A stretch of DNA of 64,000 nucleotides from Casimicrobiaceae bacterium (GTDB lineage Bacteria; Pseudomonadota; Gammaproteobacteria; Burkholderiales; Casimicrobiaceae): the NCBI GenBank assembly GCA_035605875.1, contig DATNGN010000020.1, positions 836 through 64,835 of the forward strand. The letters are read 5' to 3'. The notes below the pieces were generated by a model that saw nothing but the letters and a program-made list of their open reading frames with translations, ran no database searches and was not told the DNA's origin. Positions 48,548 through 59,694 of this stretch are shown piece by piece; position 1 is the stretch's first letter, and each line of letters starts with the position of its first letter. Made by a program: the position numbers and the translations under genes.

Positions 48548-48695
48548 AGTCTTGCAGGCGGCTACAAATGAAACAGCCGGTAACCGCCGACAGACGGAAC
48601 GCCGCTCGCGGCGCTATTGTCTGAACCGACCTTCTCCATGCCGACGAGCGCAATCCACCGCGGTCGCGCTGCAAAGTCGCAATCTACCATCACTC

Positions 48696-49838
48696 ATGGA
48701 ACGCCAGGCAGAACTCGATTGGCTTCGCGGTCTGATGCTCGTGCTGATGACGATGACGCATCTGCCGACATGGTTCAGCTCGCACGCCGGGCAGCCATTC
48801 GGATTCGTGTCGGCCGCCGAAGGCTTCGTGTTCCTGTCGGCGTACCTCGTCGGCTCCGTCTATGGCAGCAAGGCACGCAGGCGCGGCTTCGACGCGATGC
48901 AGCGCGCGCTGTGGGGACGCACGCTCAAGGTCTACGCCGCCCACGTCGCGCTGCTGCTGTTCCTGTTCCTGCTGATCGTGCCGATCGCGGTTTCGCGCGA
49001 CGCCGGCGCGATCACCGGCCTCGCGTCGTACTACCTGGAGCGTCCGCATCTCGCGCTCGCCAGCGGCTTGGTCCTTGCCTACAACCCGCCGCTGCTCGAC
49101 ATCCTGCCGATGTACGTGCTCTTCCTCGCCGTGTCGCCGCTTCTGCTCGCCTACGGGATGCGGCGCGGGTTCGGGTTGCTGCTCGCGCTGTCCGCGCTGC
49201 TGTGGCTCTACGCGCAGTACGACGGCGGCCGGCACGTCTACCGGGCGATCGGGGCGCTCGTCGGCTGGCCGGTGCCCTACGGCGCGACCGGCGCGTTCTC
49301 GTTCATGGCGTGGCAACTGCTGTGGCTGATCGGGTTGCGCTTCGGCGTGATGCAATCGGCGCCGGACGCGCCCGCGTCGCGTCCGTGGCCCCGCTATGCG
49401 TTCCCGCTCGCCGTCGGCGTCGCGGCGATGTTCTTCGTCGCGCGGCACATCGTCGGCCAGACGTTCGGCTCCGACGCGCTTTTGAACGCGCTCTTCGACA
49501 AATGGCACCTCGGCCCGCTGCGGCTGCTGAATTTCGCGGTGCTGGCGCTGATCGTCGTGCGGTTGCGGCCAACGCTGCTCGCGTGGGCGGCGCAGTCGCC
49601 GCTGGCGACGCTCGGTCGCGCCTCGTTGATGGTGTTCAGCGCGCACCTGCTGATCTGCCTCGCGATCCTGACCGTGCTCGGCGACACGCCGCGGCCGCAT
49701 CTCAGCATTTTCGAGGCGACGCTGCTGCTCGGGACGCTGATGCTGCTCTACGGTGTCGCGCGGGCGACGCTCGCGGGGCCGGAGGCCATTCGTGCCCACG
49801 GCCGCGCGCTGGCGACGCGCCTCGGATTTCGCGTCTGA
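48696..49838 (+). CDS. opgC: OpgC family membrane acyltransferase
   Basis: ELDWLRGL, GFVSAAEGFVFLS, LDILPMY, AWQLLW and DKWHLGPLRLLNF. Confidence 0.88.
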   Translation: MERQAELDWLRGLMLVLMTMTHLPTWFSSHAGQPFGFVSAAEGFVFLSAYLVGSVYGSKARRRGFDAMQRALWGRTLKVYAAHVALLLFLFLLIVPIAVSRDAGAITGLASYYLERPHLALASGLVLAYNPPLLDILPMYVLFLAVSPLLLAYGMRRGFGLLLALSALLWLYAQYDGGRHVYRAIGALVGWPVPYGATGAFSFMAWQLLWLIGLRFGVMQSAPDAPASRPWPRYAFPLAVGVAAMFFVARHIVGQTFGSDALLNALFDKWHLGPLRLLNFAVLALIVVRLRPTLLAWAAQSPLATLGRASLMVFSAHLLICLAILTVLGDTPRPHLSIFEATLLLGTLMLLYGVARATLAGPEAIRAHGRALATRLGFRV

Positions 49839-49916
49839 CCGGCGCGTCGCTCGAGCCCCGGAAAATCGGGCGAGCGCGAAGGTGACAACCTCGATCAGCT
49901 CGCGCAGCCGATCGCG

Positions 49917-50597
49917 CTAATAGACGTTCGGGCCGATGACGCGCTTCCAGAGCCCGTAGCCGGCGGCGTTGAGATGCAGTGCGTCCTTGCGGAAGAGCTC
50001 GCGCCGCGGCTCGCCGTCGGCATCGAGCATCGGCGTGAAGACGTCGATGTAGTCGACGTTGTCCTCGCGCTCGGCGTAGTCGCGAATCAGCGCGTTGGCG
50101 CTGCGGATTTGCGGCAGCAGCCGGGCGCGCGCCGGGCTGGGCTTGATCGAGATGTAGGCGATCCGGGTCGCCGGCAGCGTCGCGTGCACGCCGTCGACGA
50201 ACGCGGCGAAGCGGCGCAGCACCTCGCTCGGCGCAATGCCGGCGGCGAGGTCGTTGTCGCCGGCGTAAACAAGCACAGTCCGCGGGCGATAGCGCAGCAC
50301 GAGCCGGCTCAGGTTCTTCACGCAGTCGGAAAGCTGCGAGCCGCCGAATCCGCGCTTGATGACGACGGGCAGATTGCTGAACTGGTCCTCGAGGTCGCTC
50401 CAGAGCCGGATCGACGAACTGCCGACGAACAGCACGCCGCCCGGCGGATGCGGGTGCACGGCGTCGTCGGCGGCGAAGGCGGCGAACGTCGCGTCCCATT
50501 CATGCTGAGTGGACGGCTGCATGGCCGGTGCCAGCGCGGCCGCAGCGGTCGTCGAGGACAGGAAGGCAGCGGCGATCAGGGCGATCGTGAAGTTCAT
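49917..50597 (-). CDS. Exported SGNH/GDSL hydrolase
   Basis: FVGSSS, RGFGGS, YAGDND and DALH. Confidence 0.92.
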   Translation of the reverse strand: MNFTIALIAAAFLSSTTAAAALAPAMQPSTQHEWDATFAAFAADDAVHPHPPGGVLFVGSSSIRLWSDLEDQFSNLPVVIKRGFGGSQLSDCVKNLSRLVLRYRPRTVLVYAGDNDLAAGIAPSEVLRRFAAFVDGVHATLPATRIAYISIKPSPARARLLPQIRSANALIRDYAEREDNVDYIDVFTPMLDADGEPRRELFRKDALHLNAAGYGLWKRVIGPNVY

Positions 50598-50625
50598 TGC
50601 GGTCGGGGGGAATCAGTCGTGCTTG

Positions 50626-50641
50626 AGCGAGGATCGTGCCA
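50626..50641 (-). promoter_or_regulatory. Candidate sigma54 promoter
   Basis: Minus strand TGGCACGATCCTCGCT (GG-N10-GC), about 29 bp upstream of the SGNH start. Confidence 0.55.
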
Positions 50642-50730
50642 TGGATGCGGCCCTACAACGGCCAAACGCCGTTTTCGGATGACATGAGCGGCGCCTCGCC
50701 GCCGTCCGTTGCGTCGGCCACGCGGCGCCG

Positions 50731-51222
50731 TCACGCGGCGGGCTTGGGCGGGAAGATCGCGCGGCGGCGCTCGAGGCTTTCAGCCGGCCAGTGCAGCTTG
50801 CTGTCGTAGTACTCGGGCATCGCCGGCTTGTCCGGCGGCAACCGCACCCACGGCTGCTTGGACGCCGTGAAGATGTGGATGTCGGGCGGGAGCCGGTCAG
50901 GGTCGTCGAGCGTGCCCACCCGGACGAACTTGAGCTTGTCGCCGGCGCCCGCGTAGTGACTCCAGAGCGCCACGTGGCAATCGGGACAGCGGACGATCTT
51001 CTGTCCGCGGCCGCTGTTCGACGGCGTGTCGATCGTCACCGGCGTGCCCTGCACGAGCTCGACGCGGTCCGACTCGATCAGTGCGTTCAGCACGAAGGCG
51101 CTGCCGGTCTCCCGCTGGCACCAGCGGCAATGGCAGCAATGGACGAACAGCGGCTTCGTCGTCACCCGGTAGCGAACGCGGCGGCATGTGCAGCCGCCCT
51201 CGATCGGGAATCCTTTGCTCAT
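50731..51222 (-). CDS. GFA family (CENP-V-like) protein
   Basis: GGCTC, CCHCRWCQ and CPDC zinc ligands. Confidence 0.92.
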   Translation of the reverse strand: MSKGFPIEGGCTCRRVRYRVTTKPLFVHCCHCRWCQRETGSAFVLNALIESDRVELVQGTPVTIDTPSNSGRGQKIVRCPDCHVALWSHYAGAGDKLKFVRVGTLDDPDRLPPDIHIFTASKQPWVRLPPDKPAMPEYYDSKLHWPAESLERRRAIFPPKPAA

Positions 51223-51635
51223 CGCTCCTCCTCGCTCGGCGGCCCCTTGAGCTCGACGACGTTGCCTTCGGGGTCGTTCATGTAGATCGACGGACCTTCG
51301 CCCTCCGCGCCGTAACGCGATTTCGTCTCGCCCGCTTCGATGCCGGCAGCACGCAGCTGCTGCCGGATCGCGCGCTCGTCGAACGGCTCGACGCGCAGGC
51401 AGAAATGATCGAGATTGCGACCCTCGTCTCCGGGCGCCGCGCCACCGGCGCGGCCGAGCTCCCCGTCGATCGGCACGAGGTCGATCAGCGACCGGCCGGC
51501 GCGCAGCTGGACGAGGCCGAGCGCGTCGACGCGGCGCTCGACCGCCATGCCGAGCACGCCGCAGTAGAACGCCAGCATCGCGTCGACGTCGATGACGCGC
51601 AGCACGATATGATCGATCTCGCGGACGCGAATCAT
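51219..51635 (-). CDS. VOC/glyoxalase family protein
   Basis: IDHIVL, NLDHFCL, YGAEGEG and DPEGNVVEL; start may lie as far upstream as 51695. Confidence 0.9.
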   Translation of the reverse strand: MIRVREIDHIVLRVIDVDAMLAFYCGVLGMAVERRVDALGLVQLRAGRSLIDLVPIDGELGRAGGAAPGDEGRNLDHFCLRVEPFDERAIRQQLRAAGIEAGETKSRYGAEGEGPSIYMNDPEGNVVELKGPPSEEER

Positions 51636-51691
51636 CGACGCGCTCGGCGCCATCGATCCATCGTGCCCGACGTTCACGGCTTCCGCATTCA

Positions 51692-52823
<1,132 letters not shown>

Positions 52824-52855
52824 GCGAGTGATCCTTTCGCCGAGCATTGTCGCAT

Positions 52856-53779
52856 TCAGCGCGTTTCGGCCGGCGATGCGGCGACACGCGGCGCGCGGCG
52901 CGAATCGCCGTCAGCGTAGAACGCCTCGATCGTCGCGAGCGCCCGCTCGACCGGCGACGGCACGCGCCGGCGCGCGCGGATGATCCACGGCAGGCCACTC
53001 AATGCGGCGATGGCGTCGCGCCAGGGCGTCGCGTCGCCGCGGCTTTGCGTCCACCAGTCGCGCGTGGCTTTCAGCACGCGACGCCACGGACGTCGCAGCC
53101 ACGCGAACCAGAGCGCGTTGCGCCGCGCGAGCCGCCGGCGCACGACGACGTCTCGGGTGCCGGACGGGTAGTGACAGACGACCGCTTCAGGAACGTACGC
53201 CATGCGCCAACCGGCGCTCATCAGATCGGTCGCGAGCAGCGCTTCCTCGCCACCGAGGAACAGACGCGGATCGTAGCCGCCGACCGCGAGGAACGCGTCG
53301 CGACGCATCATGCAGGCGCCACCGAGCACGCCAAGGAGTTCGGTGCCGCGAACGCCGAGCGTATTCGGCAGCGGGCTCGATGCCATCCGCGCATTCGTCG
53401 GGTCCTCGCGCCCCATCTCGCCGACGAGCACGCGCGCCGTGACCGCGGCGAGCGTCGGATGGCGATCGAGCGCATCGGCCGCGCAGGCGATCGATTCGGG
53501 CAGCCACCACGTGTCGTCGTCGCAGAACGCGACGTAGCGTGTCGTGCAGGCGAGCGCACCGGCGTTGCGTCCGGCGGCGCCGACGTTGCGCGGCAGTCGC
53601 AGGATGTCGACGCGCGGATGGCGCTGCGCGACGGCCTGCACGGTATCGTCCGTCGACGCGTTGTCGACGACGACGATGCGAACGCTCCCGTCGATCCGTG
53701 CAAGCTGCGAGAGCGTGCGCAGCAGCTCGTCGCGCCGGTTGAACGTCAGCACGACGATGCTCACGCGCTCGCCGATCAT
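52856..53779 (-). CDS. Glycosyltransferase family 2
   Basis: VVDNASTD, AGRNAG, FCDDD and GGEE. Confidence 0.92.
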   Translation of the reverse strand: MIGERVSIVVLTFNRRDELLRTLSQLARIDGSVRIVVVDNASTDDTVQAVAQRHPRVDILRLPRNVGAAGRNAGALACTTRYVAFCDDDTWWLPESIACAADALDRHPTLAAVTARVLVGEMGREDPTNARMASSPLPNTLGVRGTELLGVLGGACMMRRDAFLAVGGYDPRLFLGGEEALLATDLMSAGWRMAYVPEAVVCHYPSGTRDVVVRRRLARRNALWFAWLRRPWRRVLKATRDWWTQSRGDATPWRDAIAALSGLPWIIRARRRVPSPVERALATIEAFYADGDSRRAPRVAASPAETR

Positions 53780-54462
53780 CGGGCGTCTCCATTGCGCGAA
53801 ACGATCCAGTGGCCTTCGGGCGCGTGCACGTCGTCGTGCGCATTGCGTGTTGCCAGTGCACGGAGCTGCGAGCGGTAGCAGGCGACGGCCGCATGCTTGC
53901 GCGTGGCCGCGTCGCCGTCGAGCGCAGGTGCGCAGCGTTCGAATGCGAAACCGCGCTCCGCGAGCGCATGCATTCGCGCACGGCAGGCGCCGGCGATTTG
54001 CCGATAGATGGCATCCTCGTAAACATGCCACGCGAGCGACGCGAAGCGATCGACGAGCATCAGCGCGGCGTCGCTGGCGCGAGCGTGATCGGCGTGGAAG
54101 AGCCCGAGCGGAACGTGGATCGCCGCTGGATGCTCCCGTGCGATGACACCTGCGAGCGCATTGCCGATCATCTCCACCGTTCGCGGCTCGCCGTATTGAT
54201 CGTCCCGGAAGTCGAGCCAGAGCGGCCTGGCGCCCAGAGCGTCGAGCGCCGCACGGTCTTCGTCGCGGCGAAGGGTGATCACGTCATCGCCTGCGCGAAA
54301 TCCGCATTCGGCGTCCCACGTCGTGATCGGCGCGCCAACGGGTGGCCGCCCCGCGCAGATCGTGACGACGATCGCGTCGCGCGCCGACGCGATCCATTGA
54401 CCGCACGCGAAGACCGCATCGTCGAGATGCGGCGACACGAAGAGCCGGCGCGCGCGATCCAT
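53776..54462 (-). CDS. PIG-L/LmbE family deacetylase
   Basis: SPHLDDA, RRDED, HADH and YRSQL. Confidence 0.9.
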   Translation of the reverse strand: MDRARRLFVSPHLDDAVFACGQWIASARDAIVVTICAGRPPVGAPITTWDAECGFRAGDDVITLRRDEDRAALDALGARPLWLDFRDDQYGEPRTVEMIGNALAGVIAREHPAAIHVPLGLFHADHARASDAALMLVDRFASLAWHVYEDAIYRQIAGACRARMHALAERGFAFERCAPALDGDAATRKHAAVACYRSQLRALATRNAHDDVHAPEGHWIVSRNGDAR

Positions 54463-54467
54463 CGCCT

Positions 54468-54956
54468 TCAGGGGTGACGCGCGACGACGTCGTCCAGCAT
54501 GACGAGCTCGGCCTCGACGTCGTCGCCGTCGATCGTCAGCATGCCGACGGCGATCGGCAGCCGAAAGCGGCGTCGTCCCGCGCTGCCGGGATTGACGTAG
54601 AGCACATCGCCACGGCGCTCGCATGTCGGCCGATGCGAATGGCCGGAGACGACGACATCGACGTGCGCCGCGACCGGATCGATCGGAAGCGTCGCGAGGT
54701 CGTGGACCACGAAGATCCGCTTGCCGCCGATGTCGAGTTGCTGCATGTCGGGGATGTCGTTCGCCCAGTCGGCGACGTCGTTGTTGCCGCGCACGGCGGT
54801 GACCGGCGCGATCGCCGTCAATCGCGTCAGGATCGCTGCATCGCCAATGTCGCCGGCGTGCACGATCAGGTCGCTGCCGCGCAGCGCTGCGAGCGCCTCG
54901 GGACGGAGCAGCCCATGCGTGTCCGAGACGAGGCCGACGCGTATCGGGCGATTCAC
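54468..54956 (-). CDS. Metallophosphoesterase (YfcE-like)
   Basis: SDTH, HAGD, RGNND, GHSH and NPGS. Confidence 0.92.
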   Translation of the reverse strand: MNRPIRVGLVSDTHGLLRPEALAALRGSDLIVHAGDIGDAAILTRLTAIAPVTAVRGNNDVADWANDIPDMQQLDIGGKRIFVVHDLATLPIDPVAAHVDVVVSGHSHRPTCERRGDVLYVNPGSAGRRRFRLPIAVGMLTIDGDDVEAELVMLDDVVARHP

Positions 54957-55354
54957 GGCATCCGGGTGGGCTCGGGCGCAAGCATGTTCGCGTCGCGGAC
55001 GATCGTCCATGTGCCGTCGCGCTTGCGCAGGATCGACAGCACGGGCCCGGCAAGCCGCGTCGTGTCGCCGCCGCCGATCGGCGTCACCTTCACCGATAGA
55101 TCGCTCCAGCAGTAGGCGAGCGTGCCGGCGACGACGATCTCGCGCACCTCGCCGGTGGAATCGATTCGCGAATGCGTGAGCAGCGTGCGCAGTCCCTGCT
55201 CGAACGCGCGTCGCCCGCGCATCGGCGGCCGGCCGGCGCCCAGAAAGACGACGTCGTCGGCCATCAACGGGAGAATGCGTGCAACGTCGCCGGCTGCGGT
55301 TGCTTCGTGCCAGGTTGCGAGCAGTGCGCGGATTGCGCGTTCATCATCGTCCAT
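54953..55354 (-). CDS. SgcJ/EcaC (NTF2-like, DUF4440) family protein
   Basis: ERAIRALL..W, MADDVVFL and W.IVRDANM. Confidence 0.85.
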   Translation of the reverse strand: MDDDERAIRALLATWHEATAAGDVARILPLMADDVVFLGAGRPPMRGRRAFEQGLRTLLTHSRIDSTGEVREIVVAGTLAYCWSDLSVKVTPIGGGDTTRLAGPVLSILRKRDGTWTIVRDANMLAPEPTRMP

Positions 55355-55724
55355 CGGCAAGGCGCCCTCGTGCGGAGAGAATCAGTGCGCCGTAGATCGC
55401 AGCATTGACGACGATCACGGCGAGTGCAAGCCCGATCTGTGTCGGGCGCGTGAGCCCGTCGGGGTAGATCGCGTGCAGCAGGTAGTGCGCGACGAAATCG
55501 TCGCCGTAGCCGGAAAGGCCCGCCGCGGCGCGGAGCCGGTTCTCGACGAACGTCAGCGGACAGACCGTGCCGGTCGCCTCGACGAACGTCGCCCACACCA
55601 CGGCCGGCAGGTGCAGCAGCATCAGCCGGCGGGAGCGGAGCACGAGAAGGCCACCCAGCATCACGAACGCGATGAATGCGAGATGCAGCAGCAGGATGGC
55701 GTCGGCGGCGATGCGTGCGAGCAT
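55344..55724 (-). CDS. DUF2784 family membrane protein
   Basis: LHLAFIAFV, LHLPAVVW, CPLT..EN and IYPDGLT. Confidence 0.85.
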   Translation of the reverse strand: MLARIAADAILLLHLAFIAFVMLGGLLVLRSRRLMLLHLPAVVWATFVEATGTVCPLTFVENRLRAAAGLSGYGDDFVAHYLLHAIYPDGLTRPTQIGLALAVIVVNAAIYGALILSARGRLADGR

Positions 55725-55740
55725 CGTTACGTTCCGGACA

Positions 55741-56247
55741 TCAACGGCGGGGCCGCCAGGTCGGGGGCTGGAAATGCGCTTCGCCGCGCCGCGCCGACCA
55801 GCCCGCTTCGAGGAACATCGCGACGTGCGGTTTGCAGTGGAGCGTGCGCGTTTCGGCGGGCGAGAAGTACCGGGTTTCCAGCGTCTCGACGCCGTCGGGC
55901 CGCAGCTCGCCGTCGATCGGTTTCCCTTCGAACACGGTCGCCACCCACGACAGCTCGTCGCCGTTCGCGTAGCGGCTCGTGCACGCCTGCCCGCCGAAGA
56001 CGCCGATCAGGCGCGTCAACGCGACGTGAAGTCCCGTCTCTTCCCACATCTCGCGTACCGCCGCGTCGGACGGAATCTCGTACGGCTCGATCATGCCGCC
56101 CGGCGTCGTCCAGTCGTTGCCTTCGGCGTGGCGCACGAGGAGCACCCGGCCGTCGTCGTCGAACGTCAGCACGGAAACCGTCGGCACTTCGAGCACGGTC
56201 GTGCCGATCATGCTGCGCAAGCCACGAATGTAGTCGGACATCGGCAT
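55741..56247 (-). CDS. NUDIX hydrolase
   Basis: PGGMIEPYE....AAVREMWEETGL Nudix box. Confidence 0.92.
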   Translation of the reverse strand: MPMSDYIRGLRSMIGTTVLEVPTVSVLTFDDDGRVLLVRHAEGNDWTTPGGMIEPYEIPSDAAVREMWEETGLHVALTRLIGVFGGQACTSRYANGDELSWVATVFEGKPIDGELRPDGVETLETRYFSPAETRTLHCKPHVAMFLEAGWSARRGEAHFQPPTWRPRR

Positions 56248-56253
56248 CGGGTT

Positions 56254-56814
56254 TTACCTCGTCTCGCGGATCTTTGCGGGCGCCAGCACCTCGGATGCCG
56301 CATCGCGCGCGTCCGTGCTGATCAGTCCGTCCATGCGGCCGACGAGCTCGGCGAGCGTCTTCGAGTGACGACGCCTGAAATCGGCATTGCCGAGTGCGAG
56401 CTCGAGCTCGTTCGCGACGGTGATCTCGCAAAAATCGCACAGCATGGCATCGGTGATCGCGCATTCGCTCTTGGTGAACCGGTCAACGAACCGGTTCTGC
56501 AGAGGCGTCCCGATTCGCGGATGGAAGCGTTCGCGGTCGCACGCGCCGTAGACGTAGGTGAGCCGCTCGGCCTCCGTTCCTATGACCGCCGCGATCGCTG
56601 CGCGTGCGTCGAGTCCGACGAGCCGGCCGGTAATTCCGTCGGTGCCGTAGACGGCGTGATAGAGCCCGGCAATGCAGACCGCTTCGCGGTTGCCCCAGCG
56701 ACGCAGCAGCCTTTCAGTGCCGCGCAGGTGTGGCTCGAGCGTGCCGTTGACGTGCGCAAACACGGACGCTCCGAGCGCGCGCAGCCGCTCCCCGACGACG
56801 GAGCGATCGGTCAC
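56254..56814 (-). CDS. DUF6817-like HD-type protein
   Basis: H..GTL..HL.GT..LL..WG, AGLYHAVYGT and ANELE; GTGA overlap. Confidence 0.7.
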   Translation of the reverse strand: MTDRSVVGERLRALGASVFAHVNGTLEPHLRGTERLLRRWGNREAVCIAGLYHAVYGTDGITGRLVGLDARAAIAAVIGTEAERLTYVYGACDRERFHPRIGTPLQNRFVDRFTKSECAITDAMLCDFCEITVANELELALGNADFRRRHSKTLAELVGRMDGLISTDARDAASEVLAPAKIRETR

Positions 56815-57512
56815 GGAATCGTTCCGAACAGCGCGCCGACACCGGCTGTGACTGCCATGGCGAGCGCGCCCCAGAACGTGACGCGCAGCGCACCCCGGGC
56901 GACCGGCGCACCGCCGGCGCGCGCGGCGACGCCGCCGAGAATCGCCAGGAACACGAGCGACGTCGCGCAGACGAGCGGAATCACGTAGCGCGTCGGTGCG
57001 AGCGCAGTGACGATCAGCGGCAATGCCGCGCCGCAGGCGAAGCTCGCCGCAGATGCGACTGCCGCCTGGATCGGGCGTGGCCGCGCGAGCTCGGTGATGC
57101 CGAGCTCGTCGCGGGCATGCGCACCGAGCGCATCGTGCGCCATCAGCTGGTCGGCGACCTGCCGTGCGAGCGCCTGGTCGAGTCCGCGACGAACGTAGAT
57201 CGCGGTGAGCTCGTTGCGCTCGCCCTGCAGATCGGTCGAGAGCTCGCGGCGCTCGCGCTCGAGATCGGCGTGCTCGGTATCGGCCTGCGAATGCACGGAT
57301 ACGTATTCGCCCGCGGCCATCGACATCGCTCCGGCGACGAGCGCGGCAACGGCTGCCGCGATGACGTCCTCGTGCGTCGCGTTCGCCGCGGCCACGCCGG
57401 CGACGAGGCTCGCGGTCGACACGATGCCGTCGTTGGCGCCGAGCACGGCTGCGCGAAGCCAGCCGATACGGTTCGTGCGATGGCGTTCCCGGTGGCGTCG
57501 CCTGATCGGCAT
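56811..57512 (-). CDS. VIT1/CCC1 family metal transporter
   Basis: LRAAVLGANDGIVS, SMAAGEYVSV and HARDELG. Confidence 0.93.
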   Translation of the reverse strand: MPIRRRHRERHRTNRIGWLRAAVLGANDGIVSTASLVAGVAAANATHEDVIAAAVAALVAGAMSMAAGEYVSVHSQADTEHADLERERRELSTDLQGERNELTAIYVRRGLDQALARQVADQLMAHDALGAHARDELGITELARPRPIQAAVASAASFACGAALPLIVTALAPTRYVIPLVCATSLVFLAILGGVAARAGGAPVARGALRVTFWGALAMAVTAGVGALFGTIP

Positions 57513-57530
57513 GATCGGCCTGTTCGACGG

Positions 57531-57845
57531 CTACCGCCGGTGCGGCGGTATCGATCCGATCGGCGCGGCGAACGCCGCATGCTCGTCGCGATTCACCGGC
57601 TTGTGGCGCACCCGGGTGCTCGCCGGATCCTTGCCGAGAAAGTTGTCGTTCCTCCAGTTGCGCGACGGCCGGATCGGTCGCGGAACGAATCCACCGCCGC
57701 AATTCGGGCACACGTTGCCGAGCACGGTTTCGACGCACGGAGCGCAGAACGTGCATTCGTACGAGCAGATCCGTGCATCGAGCGCATGCGGCGGCAGAGG
57801 CTTGTTGCAGTTCTCGCACGTCGGTCGCAATTCGAGCGTCGTCAT
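57531..57845 (-). CDS. DUF1272 family zinc-binding protein
   Basis: LELRPTCENC, ICSYECTFC..C and CPNCGG..RP.RP. Confidence 0.9.
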   Translation of the reverse strand: MTTLELRPTCENCNKPLPPHALDARICSYECTFCAPCVETVLGNVCPNCGGGFVPRPIRPSRNWRNDNFLGKDPASTRVRHKPVNRDEHAAFAAPIGSIPPHRR

Positions 57846-58399
57846 GTGCTGATCGTCCTGATGATGCGGCACGGATTGCCGGCCGCGAACACCTCGTCGG
57901 GAATGTCGCGCGTGACAATGCTGCCGGCGCCGATCACGCTGCGCGATCCGACCGTCACGCCGGCCAGAATCAGCGCGCCGCCGCCGACCCATACGTCGGC
58001 GCCGATCGTGATCGGCTTGCCGTATTCCTCGCGCCTGCGCAGCGCCGCGTCGAGCGGATGCAGCGGCGTCAGGATCTGCACGCCCGGACCGAACAGCGAA
58101 TAGTCGCCGATTCGCACGTTGCACACGTCGAGCACCACGCAGTTGAAATTGAAGAACACGCGCGTGCCCAGATAAATGTTCGAGCCATAGTCGCAGAAGA
58201 AGGGCGGTTGCAGCCACGCGGTGTCGCCGCCGGCTCCGAACAATTCGACGAGCAGGCGGCGCCGCTCGTCCTGCTGCGCGTCGCGCGTGGCATTGATGTG
58301 CCAACACAGATCGCGTGCGCGCTCGCGTGCGGCCACGAGCTCGGCGTCGAGCGGGTCGTACAGCGCGCCCGCCAGCATCTTCCGTCGCTCGCTCGTCAC
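57842..58399 (-). CDS. Sugar (maltose-type) O-acetyltransferase
   Basis: KMLAG.LY, PPFFCDYG, hexapeptide repeats and AGNPCR. Confidence 0.92.
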   Translation of the reverse strand: MTSERRKMLAGALYDPLDAELVAARERARDLCWHINATRDAQQDERRRLLVELFGAGGDTAWLQPPFFCDYGSNIYLGTRVFFNFNCVVLDVCNVRIGDYSLFGPGVQILTPLHPLDAALRRREEYGKPITIGADVWVGGGALILAGVTVGSRSVIGAGSIVTRDIPDEVFAAGNPCRIIRTIST

Positions 58400-58413
58400 C
58401 GCGGTCCGGTCCT

Positions 58414-59067
58414 TCAGCGTCGCGCGAACCTGAGATGCATCACGTCGCGGGCGGTGACGGTGCGCACCAGCGCGAGGCCGTGCAGATCGGCACCGACGCG
58501 CTCGAACAATCGCGCGCCGCTGCCGAGCAGCAGGGGCACGAGGCTTATTTCCATCTCGTCGACGAGGCCGGCCGCGAGATACTGCTGCGCGGCTTTCGCA
58601 CCACCCCCGAGCGCCACGTCCTTGCCGCCTGCCGCGTCCTGCGCCTGCGCGAGTGCTGCCTCGATGCCCTCGGTCACGAACGTGAACGCCGTACCGCCCT
58701 CGAGCGCGAGCGGCGGGCGAGGATGGTGCGTCAGTACGAACACCGGATGGTGGAACGGCGGGTTCGCGCCCCACCAACCGTTCCAGGGATGGGTTGGATT
58801 CCAGGGCCCCGGATGACCCCCGAACATGTTGCGTCCCATGATTGTCGCGCCGACGTTCGCGATCGATTCGAGCACGACGGGCGTGCTTTCGTCGACGTCA
58901 CCGCCGGACAGACCATGCATTTCGCGCCATGCCGCGAGCCGGAATGCCCATTCGTGCAGTTGCATGCCGCCGACGCCGAGCGGGTTGTCGACGCTCTGGT
59001 GGGGGCCGGCGACAAACCCGTCGAGCGACGTGGCGATGCGGAGGCGAAGCCTGGCCACTCTCGTCAT
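58414..59067 (-). CDS. Dihydrofolate reductase/RibD C-terminal family protein
   Basis: SLDGFVAGP, IMGRNMF, GGGA and LLGSG.RLF. Confidence 0.9.
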   Translation of the reverse strand: MTRVARLRLRIATSLDGFVAGPHQSVDNPLGVGGMQLHEWAFRLAAWREMHGLSGGDVDESTPVVLESIANVGATIMGRNMFGGHPGPWNPTHPWNGWWGANPPFHHPVFVLTHHPRPPLALEGGTAFTFVTEGIEAALAQAQDAAGGKDVALGGGAKAAQQYLAAGLVDEMEISLVPLLLGSGARLFERVGADLHGLALVRTVTARDVMHLRFARR

Positions 59068-59624
59068 TCCCTTCGACAGTCGACCGCGTGGCGGCGAATC
59101 CAATATCGTTGCACGATTTCGTCGCGCGCGGGCACGAACAGCTCCGACTCGAGGACGCCGCCATTGGCGATGATGACCTTCGCCGATGCGACGTTCGCCT
59201 GCCCGCACGTCACGAGAACGTCGGCAATGCCGAGATCGTGCGCGCGCCGAACGGACTGGCGCAGGATCTCGCGGCCGAAACCTTTCCGTCGCGCGCTCGG
59301 CCGGATGCCGTAGCCGATGTGGCCACCTTCGCGCAGAAGCGGCGGAGTCAGCGCGTGGCGAATGTTGGAGACGCCGACGACGCGCTCGTGACCCTCGACG
59401 AGCCAGTACGTCGAATGCGCGACGAAGCCGTCGGGCACGCCGACGCCGTGCGCGCAGTCGGCGAGGCGTGCGAGCATCGCGGCACAATCGCTGTGATCGA
59501 AGCGCAGCACGAACGGAACGAGCTGATCGCCGCCGTCGACGAATTCGGTGACGAGGCCGCGATACGAGTTGCAAAGCGTCGCCGCAGGCATGACGAGCTC
59601 CAGGTTCGCCGAAACGGTCGGCAT
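59064..59624 (-). CDS. GNAT N-acetyltransferase
   Basis: GGHIGYGIRPSARRKG and N.AS.KVI.ANGG. Confidence 0.88.
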   Translation of the reverse strand: MPTVSANLELVMPAATLCNSYRGLVTEFVDGGDQLVPFVLRFDHSDCAAMLARLADCAHGVGVPDGFVAHSTYWLVEGHERVVGVSNIRHALTPPLLREGGHIGYGIRPSARRKGFGREILRQSVRRAHDLGIADVLVTCGQANVASAKVIIANGGVLESELFVPARDEIVQRYWIRRHAVDCRRE

Positions 59625-59694
59625 GGCGGCGTCGGGACCCCGGTGATCGGCTCGCTGTCGGCTCTGCAGGAGGCACTTGCGTCGGGATCGGCCG

